A DNA stretch of 64,000 nucleotides from Mobula hypostoma (GCF_963921235.1 NC_086097.1:177942001-178006000), one strand, 5' to 3'; numbered from the stretch's first letter, positions 11,736 to 26,075 are shown. Numbers and translations are program-made. The notes: generated by a model not told the origin, from the sequence alone.

Positions 11736-14700
11736 CTCACATTTATTGTTTAATTTGTTTTTAGTTACCTAAATTATGGTCACTGACTGGTATTGCTGTT
11801 GTTATCATTAGCACCCAAATAGGAACACACAGTCCAGTGAAACAAAAAATTAAAGCACTTTTAATGAAGCAGACTGCATTCTGCGTTCACAATATGGCCT
11901 CCACACGGAGTTTATAAGACTTTAGTCAGACCAGAACAGACTTGGGGCATTTGTCAATCTATTGTAGGAAGAGTGTGGACACTTTAGAGAGGGTACAGAA
12001 GAGTTTTACTGGGATGCTGTCTGGATTTGAGGGCATGTGCGATAAGGAGAGGGTAGACAAACTTGAGTTACTTGCTCTGGAGTATCAGGGCCTGAGGGGA
12101 GATCCAATAGAGTTTTTTAAATTAGTGGCAAAGATAGGGTGGACAGTCAGAATCTTTTCACCAGGGAGGAAATTTCAAACACCAGAGGGTATGCTTTTAA
12201 GGTTTGGTAGAGGGTTAGAGTTTAAAGGTGTTGTGAAGGGCAAGTTTTTTTTTATGCAGAAAGTGCCTGGAATGGGTTACCAGGGGTAGTAGTGGAAGTT
12301 CAGTGGAGTTTTAAGAGGCTTTTAGATATTGATTACAAGCAGGAAGGTGACTTTCAGTATAAATTGGCATCAGGATTAGCAAATCAACATGGGCTCAGTG
12401 GCCTCTCCAGAGCTGTACTGTCAATGTTCAGATTTAGTAAACAGCTCATTCAGTCAAAATATTCTCTGCTGTTCCTGCTTCTTGTCACTTTAATCCTCCA
12501 TTCCACTACCCTCTGACCTCTCTGTCTTTTGTTCCAACAAATCTCTGTAAAATCTGAGGTTCTGCACCTCGTTTCCCATCTAGGCACAGTACAACCTGTA
12601 AGACTCAACAGTAAGTTGAACAAGTACAGAAAATATGGTAACTCTAAGGACGTCTAGCACTTTAGATGCTGTCTGACCCAATGAGTATTTTCAGCATTTT
12701 CATCAGATTTCTAGCATCTGTAATACTTTTTGTGTCTTTAGCAAGTTGAATTACTTCATGTAGTTATTCCCATTCTCACTTTATTCTTTGATTTTGTGTT
12801 CCTTGTCTAATTTCCACCCTCTGTCACCCTTCCCCATTTCAAATTACATCTCCCACCCATAGACCTGATTACCTTCTGATTTGTTCTCACCTCATACTGT
12901 CCTCTGTGTTGCAAAACTTGTTTTTTCTCAATTTTTCCCAGTACTGATGAAAGGTCTTGGAACAGCTTCTATCCTGTCGTTATGAAAGTCTTGAAAGGAC
13001 CCCTTGTATGATAAGATGGTCTCTTGACTGCACAATCTACCTCATTCTGATCTTGTACCTTATTGTTTACCTGTACTGCATATTCTCTGTAGTTTTCACA
13101 TTTTATTCTGCATTGTTTATTATTTTCTACCTCAATGCACAGTACAATGATTTGATCTGTATGATCAGTATGCAAAGCAAGCTTTTCACTGTGTCTTGTT
13201 AGATGTGACAAAAATAAACCAATACCAATATCTGATACGTGGACTTTAGTTTCTCTCTCCACAAATGCTGCCTGGCCTGCTGAAAATTCCTAGCATTTCC
13301 TAGTATTATGAGCTGGAATTGATTTTTGAATTTTGTTTTAAAAGTTACTTTGCAAAGACTTTACTGCAGAACCTAGTTCAATTTCCTGTTCAGCCACAGT
13401 TGTTTCAACAACTCAATTTATTTAATGCCATTACTTGGTGAAAACGCCCCAAGGTTTCTCGCAGGGGTCAGGTGTCTTTCAGTTGCCTCAGCAATGAGAC
13501 AGCAATCACTGACTGTTTGGGATTCCCCGAGGTTTCGGCAGATTGTTGGGGATGGCTTTTTTAGAGGCAGAAGGGGTCCATGTCCAAAGGAAGGCAGGGA
13601 ATGAAGCAAGCTGTTTTCTGCTGGAAAAGGTGGTAGAAGCTGATTCAACAAAGCTTTCAGAAGGGAATTGAGTAATTAATCAAGGAGTAGAAAAATGCAG
13701 CACTTTGGGGAAAGAGCAGGTGAGTGGGTAAAACATTGGTCATTGATAGCATTCCCTTATTTCTGTACATGTTAGCTTCCCGCACCTCTCCATCTCTCCC
13801 CATCACCACCTGTCCTTGTATGTTTAACTAACCACCCTTAGATCCATTTGTTGATCAAAACAAGAGCTGGTCATTGACTTCGGGAAGAGGGGCAGCACAC
13901 TTACTCCTGCCTGCCTCAACTGTGTTGAGGTTGAGAGGCCTGAGAGTTTCAAGTTCCTGCAGGTGACATCAGCAATAGCCTGTCCTGGTTCAATCAAGTA
14001 GACACCACTGCTAAGAAAGCTCTCCAATGCCTGTGCTTCTTTGCGAGGCTAAAGAAGTTTGGCATGTTCCTGTCAACCCTTACTGATTTTTATCATTGCG
14101 CCGTAGAAAGCATCTTATCTGGATGTATAAGGGGTTGGTATGGCAACTGCTCTGCCGGTGACCACAAGAATTTGCAGAGTGTTTTGGACACAGCTCAGCA
14201 CATTATGGAAACCAGTCTCCCCTCTATGGGCTCTGTCTATACTTCTTGCTACCTCAGTAAAACAACCAGCATAATCTAAAACCCCACTCACCTTGGGCAT
14301 TCATTTTCCTGTCCCTTCAGGCAGAAGATACACATACAACCAGGCTCAAGGACTGCTTTTGCCCACTTTTTTAAGTCTATTGAATGGTCCCCTGTTACAA
14401 TAACATGGGCTCTTGACCTCTTCATCTATCTTGCTGTGATCTTGCACCTTATTATTGTTCATCTGCACTGTGCTTTTTCTATAGCTGTTGCACTAATTAA
14501 GCAATTATTGTTTTACCTTCTTTTACCTCAGTGTGCTGTGTAATGGTTTGATCTGTACAAACAATATGCAAGACAGGCTTTTTGCTCTGTCTTGGTACAT
14601 ATGACAATAATAAAGCAATTCCAATCTTGACTCCCTTCCAGTGGGAATGTGCTCTTGATTCCTATTACTTTGTGGGTTCTGCCTTTGATCTATCACCTAG

Positions 14701-15767
14701 AAATGATGAAGGATTTTCCTAAATTCTAGGATCTGCCTTGTGCCTGTACATTTGAAAAACTTGCTTCTGTTTCTGAACATGAAAACATGTGCCTCCAGTA
14801 GCTTCTGTCTGCTGCTATAGAAGTATTGAACGGTTCCCTTTTACCAGAAGATGGACTCTTTAGCTCACACTCTAGTTTGTTATGGCTTTGTACATTATTG
14901 TCTGCCTGCACTGCACCACTTTTTCTGTAACTGTAATGCTTTATTCTATATCCTGTAGTTGTTTTGCCTTGTACAACCTCAGTGCACTGATGTGATGGAA
15001 TGATCCATATGGATGGCATGCAAAACAAAGTTATTGTTGTACTTCAGTAAATGTGGCAATAGTAAACCTATTAACCAATTGATTGTCCTTGAAACTGTAT
15101 AATTAGCATAAAGAGTTGCATTAATGAACTTCAGACAAATGGAATCATGTCACAGCAACTGAAGTCAAATTCTTGTTATTCTTGTTAGGTTGGAGGTGTT
15201 GTGGATACTGTAACCTGTCAGAGGTTACAGCAGGACATTAATAGGATGCAGAACTGGGCTGAGAAATGGCAGATGTTCAACCCAGAGAGAGGTGTATAAG
15301 ATGATGAGAGGCATTGATCGTGTGGATAGTCAGAGGCTTTTTCCCAGGGCTGAAACGGCTAGCCCGAGAGGGCACAGTTTTAAGGTGCTTGGAAGTAGGT
15401 ACAGAGGATATCAGGAGTAAGTTTTTTACGCAGAGAGTGGTGAGTGCGTGGAATGGGCTGCCGCCGATGGTGGTGGAGGCGGATACGATAGGGTCTTTTA
15501 AGAGACTCCTGGACAGGTATATGGAGCTCAGAAAAATAGAGGGCCATGGGTAATCCTGGGTAATTTCTCATGTAAGGAAATGTTCAGCACAGCTTTGTGG
15601 GCCAAAGGGCCTGTATTGTGCTGTAGGTTTTCTATGTTTTGATGTTTCTTTTAGGCAGACCCTGGGGATCGTGGATGACTTGCATCCACCCCGGTTCTGT
15701 TGGTTGTGTGGAGGCTGATGAGGCCAGTGTGGAAAGTACAGACTCCACCATAGGTGGGGCAGGATGT

Positions 15768-17230
15768 TTGCATTTAACCTTTCTATACCCCTCATAATTT
15801 TGTATACCTCTAACAAATCTCCTGTCAATCATCTATGTTCCAAGGAATAAAGTCCTAACCTATTCAGTCCTTCCATATAACTCGGGTCCTCCAGGCCCGA
15901 GAACATCCTTATAAATTTTCCCTCTACTCTTTCAACCTTATTTACAACTTTCCTGGAGGTGGGTGACCAAAACTGCACACAATACTCCAAATAAGGCCTC
16001 ACCAATGTCTTATACATAACATCCCATCTCCTGTATTCAATATGAAAGCCAACGTGCCAAAAGCTTTCTTTATGACCCTATCAACCCGTGACATCACTTT
16101 CAATGAATTATGGACCTGTATTCCCAGATCCACTGCACTCCTCACTGCCCTACAGTTCACTGTGTTAGATCCGTCTTGGTTGGTCCTACTGAAATGCAAA
16201 ACGTCATTCTTGTCTGGAATAAATTCCATCTGCATTTTTCAGCCCATTTTTCCAGCTGGTCCAGATCCCACTGCAAGTCATGATGGTCTTCCTTGCTATC
16301 CACTACACCCCAAATGTTGGTGTCATCCACAAATGTGCTGATCCAGTTAACTACAACAAGGTTTGCGGAAGGAATGCGACTTAGATCAACATCCCCCAGA
16401 GACAGTGCACAGAGGAACGATGGATTGGTGCCACAGAAACACTGCAAGACATTTATTCCACCGTGCTGGTGTATGTTGAGTACAAGATGCAGTTGCACCT
16501 ACCCACCCCCATCCCCATCCCCACTCCCAGCTCTGCTACAATCCAATACTCTGGCAAAATTCCCTCTTCAAGCTATTCTCTATCAACAGCTCTTGAATAA
16601 TCTACTTCCAATATTCCTTCAGGTATTGCAACTTGGGCCACAACAACCCACTTTCCACAATTTTTTCCACTGCCCCTTCCCTCTGCCCACCCCTTTCAAT
16701 TAAACTGAAGGCAAATCTTGTAGACACCAATAAACCTGCTGTTAATCATGGAAATAAAACACCACTGACTAACCCTTCCTAGTACTGGATGTTTCCCAGA
16801 ATTTGAGTTTGACTAATTGTAAAATTATATTTTGTTATTTTCTTCCTGTACTTGCTAATGGAATCATTTATAAGCTATAAGCAATGCCCCCTAACCATCT
16901 CTGTTCTAAGCACAACACCAGACCACCAATCAGCCCCTCCCCCTCCCCTCCCAACCACCACCTCTTCTGTACATCCGAATAAATCACCCTTGGTCTTTTC
17001 AAATTTCTCACTCCTACCTGATATAAGTTTATAAAATTATGAGAGGCATAGATAGTGTAGATAGAATCTTTTTTGCAGGATAAAAATGTCAAATATTCAA
17101 TGACACACATTTAAGTGAAGATGAGGAAGTTTAGATGCGCGGGGCAAGTTTCTTTACAGAGAATGGTGGGTGCCTGGAACGGGCTGTCAGGAGTGGTAGT
17201 GGAAGCAGATACAACACTCTTAGATATGCA
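15768..17230 (+). repeat. Inverted duplication, copy A
   Basis: Reverse complement of 32886-34391; paired ORFs 16157-16498/33661-34002 and 16293-16703/33456-33866 share coordinate sum 50159. Confidence 0.95.
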
Positions 17231-17354
17231 CGCATATACTGAGATAGTGAAAAAAATGTCTTGCATATTATTTGTACAGTTCAAACTGCTACTCTGCATT
17301 GTGGTAGAACAAGGTAAAACAATAACCACACAAAAGAAAGTGTTACAGTTACAG

Positions 17355-18173
17355 ATTTGGGCACCCTGCATGGCAGTACTTAGTAACACCCCATTTGGGA
17401 ATTATCACAGCTTGTAAACGCTTTTTGTAGCCAGCTAAGAGTCTTTCAATTCTTGTTTGGGGGATTTTCGCCCATTCTTCCTTGCAAAAGGCTTCTAGTT
17501 CTGTGAGATTTTTGGGCCGTCTTGCATGCACTGCTCTTTTGAGGTCTATCCGCAGATTTTCGATGATGTTTAGGTCATGGGACTGTGAGGACCATGGCAA
17601 AACCTTCAGTTTGCGCCTCTTGAGGTAGTCCATTATGGATTTTGAGGTGTGTTTAGGTTCATTATCCTGTTATAGAAGCCATCCTCTTTTCATCTTTGGC
17701 TTTTTTACGGACGGTGTGATGTTTGCTTCCAGAATTTGCTGGTATTTAATAGAATTCCTTCTTCCCTCTACCAGTGAAATGTTCCCTGTGCCACTGGCTG
17801 CAACTCAAGCCCAAAGCATGATCGATCCACCCCTGTGCTTAACAGTTGGACAGGTGTTCTTTTCATGAAATTCTGCACCCTTTTTTCTCCAAACATACCT
17901 TTGCTCATTGTGGCCAAAAAGTTCTATTTTAACTTCATCAGTCCACAGGACTTGTTTCTAAAATGCAGCAGGCTTGTTTAGATATTCCTTTGAACCTTTT
18001 GAATAGAACTTGCCAAAGAGGGTGTTACTAATTACTCTCATGCAGGGTGCCCAAACTTTTGCTTCGGGCCCTTTTCCTTTTTGTTATTTTGAAACTCTAA
18101 AAGATGGAAATAAAAAATTAATCGTAAAATATTAAAGAAATGTGTCGTCTTTAACTTTATGCCTTTTGGAAAA
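17355..18173 (-). mobile_element. Internally deleted Tc1/mariner DNA transposon (DD34E)
   Basis: Minus-strand VLWTDEVKIELFG...QDNEPKHTS...WSSQSHDLNIIEN (34 residues between D and E), in-frame stops; inverted repeat 17356-17401 / 18010-18055. Confidence 0.9.
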
Positions 18174-18410
18174 ATATATATATATGTGTGTGTGTGTGTG
18201 TGTATATAGGTATATATGTATATGTGTGTGTATATGTGTATGTATATGTGTGTGTATATATGTGTGTATATGTATGTATATGTGTATGTATATGTGTATG
18301 TATATATGTATGTGTATATATATATGTGTATGTGTGTGTATATATATATATGTATGTATATATGTGTGTATATATATGTGTGTGTGTATGTATATATGTA
18401 TATGTGCATG
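18174..18410. repeat. Compound (TA)n/(TG)n microsatellite
   Basis: ~235 bp of alternating purine-pyrimidine; source of several spurious ORFs. Confidence 0.97.
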
Positions 18411-18419
18411 CATTCAGTC

Positions 18420-18610
18420 CTGACCAGTGTTGCTGTCTGGCTGGAGTTTGCATGTTCTCTTTGAGCATTTGGCTTTCCTCTGGGTGCTCCAGTTTCTACC
18501 CACATCCCAAAGACATAACTTAGGCTAATTTTCTGCTGTAAATTGCTCCCAATGTGGAAGTGGGTGGTAGATTCTCTGGGTGGGAGGAGTTAAAAGAATA
18601 GGATTAATGT
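18420..18610 (+). mobile_element. V-SINE core fragment
   Basis: ggagtttgcatgttctc...tttcctctgggtgctccagtttctacccacatcccaaagacat. Confidence 0.7.
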
Positions 18611-19254
18611 AACTGCTAAGGTTGAGAGCTTCAAGTTCCTAGGTGTGAACATCATCAATAGTGAGTCCTAGTCTAATCACATTAACGTCACAGCCAAGAA
18701 AGCTCACCAATACTTCTACATCCTCAGGAAGTTAAGGAAAGAGATTTTTACCATTTTTTAATCAATGCACCACACAAATTATACTGTCTGGATGCATAAC
18801 AGCTTGGCATGGTAACTGTTCTGCAGATGACTACAATAAACTGTAGTGAGTTGTGGACACAGTTCAGCACATCACAGGAACCAGCCTTCCCTCCATGGAC
18901 TCTTATCTGTACAACTTGCTGCCTCAGTAAAGTAACCTGCATAATCAACGATGCCACCCACCCTGGGCTTTCTCTCATCTCCCCTTTCCCATCAGGCAGA
19001 GGACAAAAAAGCCTGAAAGCACGTAACACCAAGCTCAAGGACACCATCTATCTGTGCTGTATCTCACAGTGACTTAATGATGTAGTCAGACAAACTGATT
19101 TAACTGAGTGTAATTAGGGTCCCAATGCCGGAGGTATAGGTTTGCATGAGTACTTGTAGAATATTTGAGTGCCCATTTGATCACAGCAGGCTGCTATAAG
19201 CAGCATTGTGATAATAGCCATATAACTGGCTTTAGTGATTCTGACTTTCAAAGA

Positions 19255-19970
19255 TCTTGATGAATTGGCCAGTGAGCCAAGGAATGGCAGATGGAGTTTA
19301 ATTCAGATAAATGTGAGCTGTTGCATTTTGGTGAAACAAACTAGGGCAGGACCTGCACAGTAATTGGAGCATCCTGGGGAGTATTGTAGAACAGAGAGAC
19401 CTAGGGGTACAGGTACATAATCCCTTGAAAATGCTGGCACAGAAAGGCTTATGGCATGCTGGCCGTTATTGGTCAGGATATTGACTCGAGGAGTTATAAC
19501 ATCATGTTACAGCTGTACAAGATATTGGCGAGGCCTCATTTGAAGTACTGTGTACAGTTATGGTCACCCTGCTAGAGGGAAAATATCATTAAACTTGGTG
19601 GTATATAAATAGCTTTATGAGGATGTTTCTAGGATTGGAGGCTTGAGTTATAAGGAGAGACTGGATAGGATGGGAGTTTATTTCCCTAGAGTACAGGAGA
19701 TTGAGGGGTGATCTTATAGAATTCTATAAAATCATGAGAGGCACAGGAAAAGTAAATGGCTACAATCTTTTCCCCAAGGTAGGATTGTCCAAAGCTAGAA
19801 GGCATGGTTGAACGAAAGGAGAAAGATTTAAAAGGGACACAAGGGACAGCTTTTTCACACAGAATGATGGATTTGTGGATCAAGTTGTTAGAGGAACAGG
19901 TAGAGGCTAGTAAAATAATGACATTGAAAAGATATTTGGAAAGTTACATGAATAGGAAAGGTCAGTACTT
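19255..19970 (+). mobile_element. Decayed CR1 3' fragment
   Basis: ggaatggcagatggagtttaattcagataaatgtgag...gtactgtgtacagttatggtcacc, homologous to 50460-51170. Confidence 0.8.
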
Positions 19971-20223
19971 ACCAAGAACCTATTAACCTCCACTTTAAAT
20001 ATACCTAATGACTTGTGAATTCCACAGATTCACCACCCTCCTGCGAAAGAAATGCTTCTTCATCTCGGGACAGCTTTCTAAACTGAGGCTGTACCCCCTG
20101 ATCCTAGACTCAACCGCTATTAGAAGTATCCTATCGAAGCCTTTCAATATTTGACTGAATCCAGTGAGATTCCACCCCCCCCCCCCAATCATTCTGTACT
20201 CCAAGTACAGGCCCAGAGACATC

Positions 20224-20798
20224 CATTGAGGCCCTCTGTTGTGGGGTTTGATCGGGGATATTGCATCCTAGCTGTCAATATGATACACAAGCCAGGGCAG
20301 TAAGGTATGGAGAGAAAGCTGTTTCCCGTGCAGCAGGCTTCCCCTCTCCTTGCAACTGATAAGTCCAAAGGAACAGCAGACACGGATGCAATTTGACACC
20401 AGCAGCATGGCAGGAGTTGCCAATCAGCATTGAACTTAATGTAGTCCTTCCTTACGCGCTTTCCTTCGGGTTTACTTCCATAGCCTTCCCCATGAGTGGG
20501 TAGAACCTCAAGTCAGTGGAGGTTTGAGATCAGAATTTTCCTCCTTGATGAACTGCTAACCACAGTTGATGAGCCCCATCTGCCTGAAGCAACTGGTTTT
20601 AAGGCACCAGTAACCCACTCTTGCCCTGCCCCTGTCACTAGAAATGGTTCTGCTGAACTTAGTAGCTAAGCCACACATGAAGATCAGGAGCTGGACTTGG
20701 TTGTCAGAGGCTATTTGAGATGCACACCATTGGGAGCATTTAATAGGTAGAGGGAGCTTTTCTCTACTACCCCCCAGCTATGGCAATGTTAAGGAGCT
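20224..20798. mobile_element. ~575-bp non-coding insertion into a CR1 fragment; family uncertain (RTE-type 5' UTR-like)
   Basis: Direct repeat CAGAGACATC (20214-20223 / 20799-20808); the CR1 minus-strand sequence resumes in register after it. Confidence 0.6.
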
Positions 20799-23239
20799 CA
20801 GAGACATCAAATGCTTCTCACACATTAATCCTTTCATTCCCAAGATCATCCTCAAGAACCTCCTGGACTTTTTCCAATGCCAGCACATCCTTTCTGAGAT
20901 AAGGAGCCCAGATTGTATTGGAGTGTCAGCCTCGATTGTGTTCAACCTCCATGGGTGGGGGATCCACTTCTTTCTGACTTGGAGAGGAGAGCACTGCTCA
21001 GTGAGTGCAGACCAGCAACTTACTCACAGCCCTAAGTTATCACCCAGAATGAGTTTTACAAATTACTGATTTTCATCCAATTACTGCTGTAATTTAAAAA
21101 AAACACTACAGCACTACAGATGCTGGAAATCTGATATAAAAACAGGGAATGCTGGAAGCTCAGCAGGTCACTCAGCAACTGTTACAGTTTCAGGTCATTG
21201 AAGAGGATGTAAATTCTAGTTTATCCCCCTTTAGCAGATGAAAACGTGCAGCCATCTTGCATCAGAACAGACCAGATTCTGCTGCATTTGCTAGTTCTAC
21301 CATTGTATGTTTTGGTTGAAGATTCCCAACATCTATATTGATTTTTATCTCACATGTCTAGCATTGTTATTTTTACCTTTGTTCCTACCCATTTCTCCAT
21401 ATTGACATCCCATTCAGATAGATCAGTTGTGATTACCCAGTCTCCCGCACTGCCCACCCCCACCACCCATTGTGTAACCCAATTTTTCCCTGGTGTTCAC
21501 TCCACAGAGTCATACAGCACGGAAACGGGCCTTTTGTCTCAACTCCCAGGCAATTCCCTATCTTGTCTATAACCCCACCCTTCTCTGTGACTTTTTACAT
21601 CTGTAACTTGCACCCCACCATTGAGGATGCCTCCAGAAGGCAGCATCCATCATTAAGGACCCTCACTTTCTGGGACATGCCTTCTTCTCATTACTACATC
21701 AGTGAGGAGATGCAGTAGTCTAATGACCTAAACTCAAATGTTTTAGGACATCTTCATCCCCTGCCTTCAGAATTCTAAATGGTTCATGATCCCATGAACA
21801 ATACCTCACTATTCCTCATTTGGACTATTTATTTACTTTTATTTTGATTTATAGTAATTTGTTCCGCCAACACTACACTGCTGCCACAAAATAACAAATT
21901 TCATGACTTATATTAGTGACGATAAGTTTGATTCACCCCAAAATGCACAGTTCCTGCCTGACCTGCTCAGTGTTTCCAGCATCTGCTATCTTTTTTTTCT
22001 CAATTTCTGAACTTTCATTTTAAAAGTTGTACTGTTAAAACAATTATGATGAGCCCATGCAACACACACACAATGCTGGAGGAACTCAGCAGGCCAGGCA
22101 GCATCTATGGAAAAGAGTGAACGGTCGACATTTTGGGCCAAGACTCATGAGTCCGGGTCCTAATGTGAGGTACAATCCACTGTTCGGACAATTTAAACGC
22201 TGGCCCAGATAATCTGGGGGCTCTCCTCTCTGAGATGCACAGGCTGTGAGACTAGCCCTGGCTGCTGTGCTTTGTGTCTGTGAACTTTGCTATGATTTGC
22301 CCTGCTAATATGATGAATTGAATACCAGTGCTTTGGGCCTACTCTGGGCTGCTCCAGGGATTTCGATCTAAGGACTCAATTTGGTTCAGAATGCTGTTGT
22401 TGTTCACTTCTATTGTTGCATGATTTGTGTTTTTTTTCTCTTTCTTTGCGCATTGGGGGTTAGTCTTTTTTTTTAAATTGGATTCTCTTGGGTTCCTTGC
22501 TTTGTAGCTGCCTGTAAGCAAACAAATCTCAAGGTTCCTTCTTTGACATTAAATGTACTTCGAATCTTTGAATCTTATGCAGTTTTATGCAGTCCTACTT
22601 GTTATGATATACCCCTCACCAATGGTAGTAGGTTTATTATTGTCGCTTGACACCAAGATGCATGAAAAACAAAAGCTTATCACTGTCATTCAGACGGATT
22701 ATTCCATAAATCAGTACATTAAGACAGGACAAAGGAAAAGCAATACCAGAATGCAGAATATAGTGGTACAGTTACAGAGAGTGCAGTGCAGGTAGACAAA
22801 TGAAGTGCAAGGACAATGATGAGGTGCTATACATTTTGAAGATTTGTACCTTCTGCCTGATTTGTGAGGGAGGAGGTGGTGCTGATGGTAATGTTGAGGG
22901 GAGAAGAGGGCATATCCGGTGCGCAGGATCTTTGATTAAGTTCAAATCATCAGCAAACTTAATTCGATTTGAACTGGATCTAGCAGTGCAATCATGCATC
23001 AGCAGAAAGCCTAGGGAGTGCTGGTACAGAGCATGATGGAATCATAGTCATAGAAAAATAATGCCTAGAGCTAGAGATGTTTCTGCCAACACAGACTGAC
23101 AGTGGCCTTTCTGTCAAGAACTCCAAGATCCAGTTACAGAAAGGGGTGTTGAGACCCATTGAGGACAGTTTGCATATCAGCTCCTGAGGCATGATCATAT
23201 TGAAAGCAGAGCTGAAGTCAATTAAGTCTGGAGGCAGAA

Positions 23240-24565
23240 GAGAGGAAATTATAGGCCAGTTAGTCTGACCTCCGTGGCTGGAAAGATGCTGGGGTCAATT
23301 GTTAAGGATGTAGTTTCTGGTCGTAGTCAGCATGGTTTCTTAAATGGAAAATCTTGCCTGACAAATCTGTTGGAATTCTTTGAAGAAATAACAAGCAGGA
23401 TAGATAAAGGTGAATCAGTTGATGTTGTGTACCTGGATTTTCAGAAGGCCTTTGACAAGATGCCACACATGAGGCTGCTTAACAAGTTAAGACCCCATGG
23501 TATTACAGGAAAGATATTAGCACAGATAAATCAGTGGTTGATTGGCAGAAGGCAAAGAGTGGGAATAAAGGTTGGCTGCCAGTGACTAGTGGTGTTCCAC
23601 AGGGGTGGGTGTTGAGACTAATTTTAAATTATATGTCAGTATCTTGGATGATGGAGTGGTTAGCTTTGTTGCAAAGTTTGCAGACGATATGAAGATGGGT
23701 GAAGGGGGCAGGTAGTTTTGAGGAAGCAGAATGGTTACAGAAGGACAGACAGATTAGGGGAATGGGCAAAGAAATGGCAGATGGCATACAGTGTCAGGAA
23801 GCATATAGTCATACACCTTGGTAGAAGAAATAAAAGGGTAGATTATTTTCTAAATGGAGAGAACATTCAAAACTCTGAGGTGCAAAGGGACTTGGGAGTC
23901 CTTGTGCAGGATTCCCTAAAGGTTAATTTGCTGGTTGAATCTGTGGTGAGGAAGGCAAATGCAATGTTAGCATTAATTTCAAGAGGATTAGAATATAAAA
24001 GCAAGGATGTAATGTTGAGGCTTTATAAAGCACTTACTTGAAGTATTGTGAGCAGTTTTGGGCTCCTTAGAAAGGATGTACTAACACTGTAGACTGGTTT
24101 CAAAGGATGAAAATCATTCCAGGATTGAATGGCTTGTCATATGAAGAGCATTTGATGGCTTTAGGCCTGTATTCTCTGGAATTCAGAAGAATGAGGGGTG
24201 ACCAAATTAAAACCTATCGAATGTTGAAAGGCCTTGGTAGAGTGGATGTGGAGAATGTTCCTATGGTGGGAAAGCTAGGACCAGAGGACACATCCTTAGA
24301 ATAGAGGGCTGTTCTTTTAGAATGGAGATGAGGAGGAATTTCTTTAGCCAGTGAGGGGTGAATCTCTGGAATTTGTTGCCATAGTCAGTTGTGGAGGCCA
24401 AGTATTTATGTATATTTAAGGTAGAGCTTGTTAGATTTTTGATCGGTCAGGACATGAAGGGATACAGGGAGAAGGCAGGAGACTGGGACTGAGAGGAAAA
24501 TGGATCAGCCATGATGAAATGGCAGAGCAGACTCAATGAGCCACATTCTGCTTCTGTCTTATGAC
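23240..24565 (+). mobile_element. CR1 LINE RT and 3' UTR, decayed
   Basis: QHGFLNGKSCLTNLLEFFEE...YLDFQKAFDK; RDLGVLV; LGLYSLEFRRMRGD; multiple frameshifts. Confidence 0.9.
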
Positions 24566-25171
24566 TGGAGATGGCTACTAATGACCATCACATTAACGTA
24601 GGTGAATGTGAGGGACCTGTGACTGGCTAAATAGAGAAGTGTATTGAGGACGTCACCATTATTAAATACATCTCTGTGAGGAAAATCAGAACCAATGCTG
24701 ACAACAGAGGTCCGGGCATGGCTGAGAGATCGGGATGTTGCCTTTAGATTGGGGAATAAGACAGCTCTCAGGTCAGCAAGAACTGCACTTTCCCACGCCA
24801 TCGGGAAGGCAAAACAGGCTCATTCACAGAGAATATACAGCCATTTCTGTGACATCGGAGACATGTGGTGCAGGAGCCTTGAGGAGCAGGCACTTAGTCT
24901 GGCTGCAGCTGATATGAAGAAGACACTAGCCATGGTCAGCCGACATAAAGCTGCTGGGCCTGATAATGTACTTGGTCAGGTGCTGAGGGACTAGTTAAAT
25001 GAGGTCCTAACAGACTTCTTCAATATCTCTCTGGAACAGAACCACTGTCCCTCCAGTTCACTATTTTAACTGTGCCATACCAACGTTACCTCCACTGATT
25101 TTTAGAAGGATAGGCAATTGGAACACACAGTCCTGAGGATGTGAAGAATTCTGCATTCAGTGTAACTTATG

Positions 25172-26075
25172 CCGTACAAAGTGCTGGAAGAACTCAGCAG
25201 ATTAGGCATCAATGGAAATGAATAGTCAGTTGAGGCTTCAGGCCAACACCTTTCTTCAGGACGGAAAATAAAGGAGAAGAAGCCAGAATGAGAGGGTGAG
25301 AGGAGGGGGAGGAGATGATAGATAAAGCCAGGAGAGCGAGGGAGGGGATTGAAGTAAGAAGCTAGGAGATGATAGGTGGAAGAAGAGAAAGGCTGGAGAA
25401 GAAGGAATCTGATAGGAAAGTGGAGTGGACCACAGGGGAAGGGAAAGAAGGGGGATACCAGGGGAGTGTGATAGGTGGCAGATGAGGAAAAGAGAAGAGG
25501 TAACAGAGGAGCCAGAGTAGGGAATGGAAGAAGAGGGAAGAGGATCGGGGAAATTACCAAAAGTTAGAGAAATCTATGTTTATGCTATCTGATTGGAGGC
25601 TACTCAAATGGAATATGATCTGTTGTTCCTACAACCTGAGAATGGCCTCATCATGGCAGTAGAGAAAGCCATAGATCTACATGTAGGAATGTGAATGGAG
25701 ACTGAAATTAAAATGATTGGCTTCTGGGAAATCCTGCTTTTTGCTTGTGGAGCGAAGGTGCTTGATAAAGCGCTTCTCAATCTACGCTGGGTCTCGCCAA
25801 TGTAGAAGAGGTTGCATCAGGAGCTCCAGCTACAGTAACGGATTTGCAGGTGAAGTGTTGCTCGCCTGGCAGGGCTGTTTGGGGCTCTGAATGAAAATGA
25901 GGGAGGAAGTGAATGGACAGGTGTAGCACTTCCACTTGCAGGGATAAATACCAAGAGAGAGATTAGTGGGGAGGGACGTATGGATAAGGGAATTACGAAG
26001 GGGGAGATCCCTGCGGAAAGCGGAGAGTGAGGGGTGGGAGGAGAGGTAAAGGTAGCTTTGGTGGTAGGAATTCAT
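25172..26075 (-). mobile_element. Older Penelope-like fragment (Zn-knuckle, GIY-YIG remnant, tail)
   Basis: ORF 25830-26105(-) AFRRDLPLRNSLIHTSLPT...YPCKWKCYTCPFTSS; tail with decayed hammerhead core near 25225-25265. Confidence 0.75.

Noticed and set aside
16293..16703. 136-aa ORF present twice (also 33456-33866) as a duplicated gene
   Set aside because: Starts within antisense CR1 at a non-ATG codon and has no recognisable domain; its conservation is explained by the DNA-level duplication.
18038..18523. Cluster of His/Tyr/Cys/Val-rich ORFs
   Set aside because: Translations of the TA/TG microsatellite.
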